A stretch of DNA of 39,119 nucleotides from the NCBI GenBank assembly GCA_023247195.1, contig JAHFGY010000007.1:1-39119 (forward strand). Reading direction: 5' to 3'. Source of the DNA: Candidatus Omnitrophota bacterium. GTDB taxonomy: Bacteria > Omnitrophota > Gorgyraeia > Aquiviventales > Aquiviventaceae. Below the pieces are notes generated by a model. It did not search any database and was not told the origin of the DNA. It saw nothing but the letters and a program-made list of their open reading frames with translations. Both the position numbers and the translations under genes were made by a program. Below, piece after piece: positions 33,338 to 39,119 of the stretch; position 1 is the first letter of the stretch, and each line of letters begins with the position of its first letter.

Positions 33338-36061
33338 CTAGGCCTTCTTCTGCTGTTGTCGGAGAACCGCTTGCGCCGCGGCCAAACGGGCCACGGGAAC
33401 GCGGTAAGGCGAGCATGAAACATAGTTCATGCCGGCGCGGTGGCAGAAGTCAATCGACGAAGGCTCACCGCCATGCTCTCCGCAGATGCCTACCTTAAGG
33501 TTCTTGCGCGTCTTGCGTCCACCCTGGATTCCGAGCTTGATGAGCTCGCCCACGCCTTCTTGATCGAGCTTCACGAACGGATCCGCAGGCAGGATATTCT
33601 TTTCCAGGTAATGAGGCAAGAACTTGCCGATGTCATCGCGCGAAAAACCGAACGTCATCTGCGTGAGATCGTTCGTGCCAAAGCTGAAGAATTCGGCTTC
33701 TTTGGCGATCTCGGCCGCGACCACGGCGGCGCGCGGCACCTCGATCATGGTGCCGACAAGGTAGTTCAGTTTTACTTTGTAGCGCGCCAGGGTCCGCGCC
33801 CCGACTTCATCGATGTTCGCTTTGGCCGACCGGAACTCGTTCGGGTGCCCGACGAGCGGCACCATGATTTCCGGCACGATGCGGTGGCCGTCACGCGCCA
33901 ACTCGCAAGCGGCTTCGAAAATAGCTTGCGCCTGCATCTCATTGATTTCAGGGTAAGTGACGCCGAGACGGCAGCCGCGGTGGCCGAGCATGGGATTGAA
34001 CTCATGCAGGCTGTTCACGGTGTCGCGCAAGTCGCGCACGTCCACGCCAAGCTGCTTGGCCACGCGCTCCTGATCATCGGGGGTGTTTGGGAGGAACTCG
34101 TGAAGCGGCGGGTCGAGCAGCCGGATCGTGACCGGAAGGCCTTTCATCTCCTTGAAGATGCCGATAAAGTCGGCCTTTTGGAACGGTAGAAGCTTGGCCA
34201 GCGCCGCCTTGCGCGCGTTCACGTCTTTGGCCAGGATCATCTCGCGGACGGAAAGCAGCCGGTCCTCGGCAAAGAACATGTGCTCGGTGCGGCACAACCC
34301 GATGCCCTCGGCGCCGAAGTCGCGCGCCACGCGGGCATCTCCGGGCGTGTCCGCGTTGGCGCGGATGCTGAGCTTGCGGATGCTGTCGGCCCAAGCGAGA
34401 ATTTGGCGGAACTCACCGGTGAGCTGCGGCTGCACCAATGGGACTTCGCCAAGAATGACCTCGCCGGTCGTACCATTGAGCGAAATGAAATCACCTTTCT
34501 TCACCGTGACATCGCCTGCCTTAAACAGGTTCTCTTCTTCGCGCACGAGGATCTCGCTGCAGCCGGCCACGCAGCACTTGCCCATGCCGCGCGCAACAAC
34601 CGCGGCGTGGCTCGTCATGCCGCCGCGCGCCGTCAAAATACCCTCGGCCGACGCCATGCCTTCAATGTCTTCAGGTGAGGTTTCCTCGCGCACGAGAATC
34701 ACGCGTTCCGACGCTTCTTGCGTCAGCTCAACCGCCTCATGCGCGTGGAATACGACTTTACCGACAGCGGCGCCCGGCGATGCGGGCAAACCGCGAGCAA
34801 TGACTTTGGGCTTGGCCTTTGGGTCGACCGTGGGATGCAACAATTGATCGATCTGCGCCGGGTCGATCTTCAGGATAGCCGCATCGCGGCTGACCATTTT
34901 CTCTTTCACAAAATCCGTTGCGAATCTCACAGACGCCTTGGCCGTGCGCTTGCCGGTGCGCGCCTGGAGCATGTACAGCGTTCCCGCTTCGGCCGTGAAC
35001 TCGAGGTCCTGCACTTCCTTGAAATATTTCTCGAGATTCTTGCCAAAGGTGAAAAGTTCTTTGTAGATGCGCGGGAATTCCTTCTTGAGCTCCGCGATCG
35101 GCTTGGGCGTGCGGATGCCGGCCACCACGTCTTCGCCCTGTGCGTTTACGAGATACTCGCCGTAAAACACGTTCTCGCCGGTGCTGGGATCGCGCGTGAA
35201 GCACACGCCGGTCAGCGATGTGTCGCCCATGTTGCCAAAAACCATGGACTGCACATTCACCGCGGTGCCGAGAGCCGCTGAGATGTTATTTAAGCGGCGG
35301 TAAATAACGGCGCGGTCGTTGTGCCAAGATGTGAACACGGCATCAATGGCGCCGCGGAGCTGCTCCATCGGGTCTTCGGGAAACTCGCTTCCCTTTTGCT
35401 GTTTTACGATCTGTTTGTACTCGGCGACAAGCGACTTGAGCGCTTCAGCCGGCAGCTCCGCGTCGGTCTTTACACCGGCGGAGGCGCGCTTCTTGGAGAG
35501 CGCGGCCTCAAACAGGTGATGGTCCAGCTCGAGGACCACGCTGCTGTACATCTGGATAAAACGGCGGTAGGCATCGTACGCGAACCGAGGATTCTTGGTC
35601 TTGGCGATCAGGCCTTCGACGGTGGTGCTTGTCAAACCGAGGTTCAGGATCGTGTCCATCATGCCGGGCATAGAGACCGGCGCGCCCGATCGCACGGAAA
35701 CAAGGAGCGGGTTGGTCGGATCGCCGAAACCTTTTTTGGATACGCCTTCGAGCCAGCGTAATTTTGTTTGGAGCTCCTGGTCCAGCCCCGCGGGCCAGCG
35801 CTTGCCGCTCTCATAGAAAAGGTTGCACACCTCGGTGGTGATGGTCAGGCCAGGCGGAACCGGCACGCCGATGTTGGTCATCTCGGCAAGGATCGCGCCT
35901 TTGCCGCCCAAGAGTTGCTTCATCTTGGAGTTGCCGTCGGCTTTGCCGCCTCCGAAAGTGTAGATGAATTTTGTTTTGGTGCGCGCCGAGCGCTTAGGCG
36001 CAATGCTCTTGCGCGATGACGCGGCGCGGCGCGGCCGTGCCATGACAGAAGACTTCTTCAT
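33338..36061 (-). CDS. ppdK: Pyruvate, phosphate dikinase
   Basis: LGGKGA, SVRSGA..SMPGMMDT, GEDVVAG, GGMTSHAAVVARG, GIGLCRTEHM, FSFGTNDLTQ, GICGEHGG. Confidence 0.98.
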   Translation of the reverse strand: MKKSSVMARPRRAASSRKSIAPKRSARTKTKFIYTFGGGKADGNSKMKQLLGGKGAILAEMTNIGVPVPPGLTITTEVCNLFYESGKRWPAGLDQELQTKLRWLEGVSKKGFGDPTNPLLVSVRSGAPVSMPGMMDTILNLGLTSTTVEGLIAKTKNPRFAYDAYRRFIQMYSSVVLELDHHLFEAALSKKRASAGVKTDAELPAEALKSLVAEYKQIVKQQKGSEFPEDPMEQLRGAIDAVFTSWHNDRAVIYRRLNNISAALGTAVNVQSMVFGNMGDTSLTGVCFTRDPSTGENVFYGEYLVNAQGEDVVAGIRTPKPIAELKKEFPRIYKELFTFGKNLEKYFKEVQDLEFTAEAGTLYMLQARTGKRTAKASVRFATDFVKEKMVSRDAAILKIDPAQIDQLLHPTVDPKAKPKVIARGLPASPGAAVGKVVFHAHEAVELTQEASERVILVREETSPEDIEGMASAEGILTARGGMTSHAAVVARGMGKCCVAGCSEILVREEENLFKAGDVTVKKGDFISLNGTTGEVILGEVPLVQPQLTGEFRQILAWADSIRKLSIRANADTPGDARVARDFGAEGIGLCRTEHMFFAEDRLLSVREMILAKDVNARKAALAKLLPFQKADFIGIFKEMKGLPVTIRLLDPPLHEFLPNTPDDQERVAKQLGVDVRDLRDTVNSLHEFNPMLGHRGCRLGVTYPEINEMQAQAIFEAACELARDGHRIVPEIMVPLVGHPNEFRSAKANIDEVGARTLARYKVKLNYLVGTMIEVPRAAVVAAEIAKEAEFFSFGTNDLTQMTFGFSRDDIGKFLPHYLEKNILPADPFVKLDQEGVGELIKLGIQGGRKTRKNLKVGICGEHGGEPSSIDFCHRAGMNYVSCSPYRVPVARLAAAQAVLRQQQKKA

Positions 36062-38247
36062 CGAGACTCCTCGTGTTGTGGTTGCAAAAGGGTCAATTTC
36101 GAGAGGTCGGCAACCCGGTCAGTATACAACGCCTGAATTGCCTGCATCAAGGCGAGCCGGTTTTGCTTCACTCGCTCGTCCGGAACATTCACCATCACCT
36201 CGGCAAAAAACGTGTGGAGCGGTTCACTGAAAGCCTTGGCAAAAGCGGCGGTCGCCTCTTGGTACGATCCGGCACCGGCGAGTTTCCCCACCGTCGCTCC
36301 TTGCTCTTCCAACGCTTTGTATAGCCGCTGCTCGGCGGGCTCGGTGAGGTGCGCCGACTCGACCGCGCTTTGGGTCAGCTTGGCCGATCGCAGCATGTTG
36401 CGCGTTCGCTCGATAATTTTAGCGGCCTCCAAGAGCTCCGGACGGCCGGACATCTGCTTCAACGAGCAAGCGCGCTGCATCACGCCCCAAAGATCGTGCG
36501 CAGATTGCGGGCTGGCCAACACGGCGTCAATTATATCCCGCGTGGGCGCTTCGCCGTTCTCGCCGGCTTTTCTATCCGGCCAGCCGAACGAATAAAGCCT
36601 GTCCAGCAGGTAACTTTGAACCCGCTTCGCCACGTCTGGATTCGGTTTCACCTTCAGCGTTTGCTCCATGGCTTGGGACCAGGCTTCAAACAACGCGGCA
36701 AACGCCAGTGGCTTTTGATTCATCCAAACGATTTCCACAATTCCCTGCGCGGCGCGGCGCAGGCCGAACGGGTCTTGATCGCCGGTGGGCTCGATACCGA
36801 CGCTGAAATAGGCGGCGAGCGTATCGTATTTGTCGATCAGCGCCAGTGCGGAGCCGGCAACGGACTCGGGACGCTTACCGGCCAGTGGCAGGTAATGCTC
36901 TTCGACGGCTTTTGCCACGTCCGGCCCCAATCCGGAGTCGAGGGCATAATACTTGCCCATCACGCCCTGCAGTGTCGGAAACTCCCGCACGAGCGTGGTG
37001 AGCAGATCATGCTTAGCGCAGCCGCTGGCCGCTTCCAGCGTTTGCTTCTGCGCCGCGTCGAGCTGCCATTGAGCCGCGATTAAGGCGCCCAGAACACGCA
37101 ACCGCTCCGTTTTTTCTTTCATGGAGCCAAGCTTTGCGTGCATCGCGACGCCCGAAAGGTCGCCCTTGCCGAGCGGCAGATGGCGCTGGTGATCTTGATT
37201 CCAGAAAAAGAGGCTGTCGGTCAACCGCGCGTTCAGAATGCGCTCGAAAGTGCGCTGCACCGCCGCAGGCTTAGCGGTCTTGCCGTCCAGCACGGCAACG
37301 AACTTGGGCAGGAGCTTGCCGGAAGAATCCTCGATAGCAAAAACCCGCTGGTGCTTCGACATGCTTGCCAGCAGCACTTCGCGCGGCAGCGAAAGGTATT
37401 TGGCGTCGAACTGGCCGACAAAGGCATTCGGCGATTCGGTCAAAAAACAGACCTCTATATCAAGACCATAGAGCATTAGCTCCGCGCACGGCTTACCCTT
37501 AATCTTCTGCGCCGCGGCTCGAACCATCCGGTTGACCGCCAGATGGCGTTCGGTATGGTCGTAAATGATACCGGCAGTTTTGAGCTTGGCAAAATAGCCG
37601 GGGATGGAAGCGAAGGAAACTTTACGAGGCTTCAGCGGAAGGCCGACCCACGTCGAGGCCGCGCTCTTGAGCGCGCCGTAGCGAACGGCCAGCGGCTTTG
37701 TTCCGCTCATGGCGGCGAGCCAACGCACCGGCCGGGCAAAACGCGTGCCTGTCGCGTCCCAACGCATGGCCTTGGGAGTCCGCAGCGAACCGATGATCTG
37801 CGAAAGGATTTCCGGAAGAATCGCGGCTGAAGGACGCGTGCTGGCCGGAATCGACAGATAAACGTACTCGCCTTTTTTGTCGACGCTGACAATTTTTGTC
37901 TGCGCCTGAGTAGAATTGCGCGACCGCAAAAAGCCTTGCAGCGCCGGCGTGGGCTTTCCCTGCGCGTCGAATGCGGCGGCTTTGGCCGGGCCTCTCACAT
38001 CTTCCGCCGGGATCGCCTGCGAAGCTGAAAGACCGTCAATGCAAAGGATCAGCCGACGAGGCGTCGCGTACGCCCGCACATCGCCGAAAGAAAGGTGCTG
38101 CTCGCTCAGCTTCTGCTTCGTAGATGTATTGAGTTGCGTGAGCAGGTCCGGAATATACGCGGCCGGCAGCTCTTCGGTGCCGATCTCGAAAAGAACGTCC
38201 TGCGCCGCCACGCGAACAGATTTGGTTTTAGCCGAACGCGTGCTCAT
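36058..38247 (-). CDS. glyS: Glycine-tRNA ligase beta subunit
   Basis: [17 protein letters not shown]....[31 protein letters not shown]; ATGA overlap with glyQ. Confidence 0.96.
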   Translation of the reverse strand: MSTRSAKTKSVRVAAQDVLFEIGTEELPAAYIPDLLTQLNTSTKQKLSEQHLSFGDVRAYATPRRLILCIDGLSASQAIPAEDVRGPAKAAAFDAQGKPTPALQGFLRSRNSTQAQTKIVSVDKKGEYVYLSIPASTRPSAAILPEILSQIIGSLRTPKAMRWDATGTRFARPVRWLAAMSGTKPLAVRYGALKSAASTWVGLPLKPRKVSFASIPGYFAKLKTAGIIYDHTERHLAVNRMVRAAAQKIKGKPCAELMLYGLDIEVCFLTESPNAFVGQFDAKYLSLPREVLLASMSKHQRVFAIEDSSGKLLPKFVAVLDGKTAKPAAVQRTFERILNARLTDSLFFWNQDHQRHLPLGKGDLSGVAMHAKLGSMKEKTERLRVLGALIAAQWQLDAAQKQTLEAASGCAKHDLLTTLVREFPTLQGVMGKYYALDSGLGPDVAKAVEEHYLPLAGKRPESVAGSALALIDKYDTLAAYFSVGIEPTGDQDPFGLRRAAQGIVEIVWMNQKPLAFAALFEAWSQAMEQTLKVKPNPDVAKRVQSYLLDRLYSFGWPDRKAGENGEAPTRDIIDAVLASPQSAHDLWGVMQRACSLKQMSGRPELLEAAKIIERTRNMLRSAKLTQSAVESAHLTEPAEQRLYKALEEQGATVGKLAGAGSYQEATAAFAKAFSEPLHTFFAEVMVNVPDERVKQNRLALMQAIQALYTDRVADLSKLTLLQPQHEESR

Positions 38248-39119
38248 GCGGCGACCGCCTCTTTCTTGGGAGCGAAACGGGTCAAATAAAGCTCGGCGCA
38301 TTGCTTGGCCAATTTGCGGATGCGCAGCACGTACCCCGGCCGGTCCGACTGGCTTATCGCGCCGCGCGCGTCCATCATATTGAACGCATGGCTGCATTTG
38401 AGCATCTGCTCATAGGCCGGCAATAGCACGTCCGATCCCACGGCCAAGAGCTTGGCGGCTTCCTTCTCGTGCTGCTCAAAGACCGATCGATAGAGCGCCA
38501 CCTCCGCGTGCTCGAAATTGTACCGCGATCCTTCCTGTTCGGAAACGCGGTGCAATTGGCCGTAGGTCGTGTGCGGGCCCCAGGCAAGCGAATACACGTC
38601 TTCCTTGCCCTGCACGAACATGCCGATGCGCTCGAGGCCGTACGTGATCTCGCACGAAATAGGATTCAAATCCAGCCCGCCGACCTGCTGGAAATAAGTG
38701 AACTGCGTGGACTCCAGGCTGTCGATCCAGACTTCCCAGCCAAGCCCCCAAGCGCCGAGCGTGGGCGATTCCCAGTCATCCTGCACGAACCGCAGGTCAT
38801 GGTCTTCCAAGCGCAGCCCGCACCGCCGCAAGCTCTCCAGATAGAGCTGCTGCACATTGTCCGGGCTCGGCTTGAGGATCACCTGGTACTGGTAATAGCG
38901 CTGCATCCGAAGCGGATTTTCGGCATAGCGGCCGTCGGTCGGGCGGCGAGACGGCTGCACATACGCCGCGCGCCACGGCTCAGGGCCCAGCGCGCCGAAA
39001 AACGTGGCCGGGTGGAATGTGCCCGCGCCCATTTCGATGTCGTATGGCTGTACGATCGCGCAGCCCTGTTTTGCCCAGAAGGCGTCGAGGGCAGCGATCA
39101 TGTCCTGCAAATTTGGAGG
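38244..39119 (-). CDS. glyQ: Glycine-tRNA ligase alpha subunit (start at or beyond the window edge; TTG 39110 possible)
   Basis: [58 protein letters not shown]. Confidence 0.97.
   Translation of the reverse strand, partial: PPNLQDMIAALDAFWAKQGCAIVQPYDIEMGAGTFHPATFFGALGPEPWRAAYVQPSRRPTDGRYAENPLRMQRYYQYQVILKPSPDNVQQLYLESLRRCGLRLEDHDLRFVQDDWESPTLGAWGLGWEVWIDSLESTQFTYFQQVGGLDLNPISCEITYGLERIGMFVQGKEDVYSLAWGPHTTYGQLHRVSEQEGSRYNFEHAEVALYRSVFEQHEKEAAKLLAVGSDVLLPAYEQMLKCSHAFNMMDARGAISQSDRPGYVLRIRKLAKQCAELYLTRFAPKKEAVAA

Noticed and set aside
1-39119. CRISPR array, IS elements, rRNA, recoded stop codons
   Set aside because: No regularly spaced repeats, transposase motifs, rRNA signatures or in-frame stops splitting conserved genes were seen

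Overview
GC-rich bacterial chromosomal window of about 43 densely packed genes plus tRNA-Arg(CCT). No transposase, integrase, phage gene or CRISPR array is evident. Gene content and style suggest a diderm, possibly PVC/Omnitrophota-like organism (inference only). Genes run almost entirely on + from 1 to 25139 and on - from 25157 to the end. The two blocks converge exactly on a 28-bp XerC/XerD dif site (25129-25156), and KOPS-like octamers point at it, so this is probably the replication terminus. Left arm: glycosyltransferase tail, udg, priA, def, fmt, two GalT-family paralogs, gap, PilZ, mazG (-), a small protein, HIT, PilZ, GDPD, a cNMP/P-loop/patatin lipase, four beta-oxidation genes, three stand-alone receivers, fadD, a TPR-metallopeptidase, era, Nudix, YqeY, ferredoxin, a tRNA-binding protein and a hydrolase. 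Right arm, in transcription order: glyQ, glyS, ppdK, a group-2-like sigma70, tRNA-Arg, an alginate-export-type porin with a structured leader, and an ino1/CPBP/TIGR04073-like/NYN/HAD/DUF3108/dtd/Rieske operon. The most striking observation is that the two GalT paralogs have lost complementary halves of the shared active site, which suggests an obligate heterodimer. Other candidates are a second-messenger-linked phospholipid-scavenging module and an inositol/intramembrane-protease envelope operon. All family calls are from motif recognition, not database searches.
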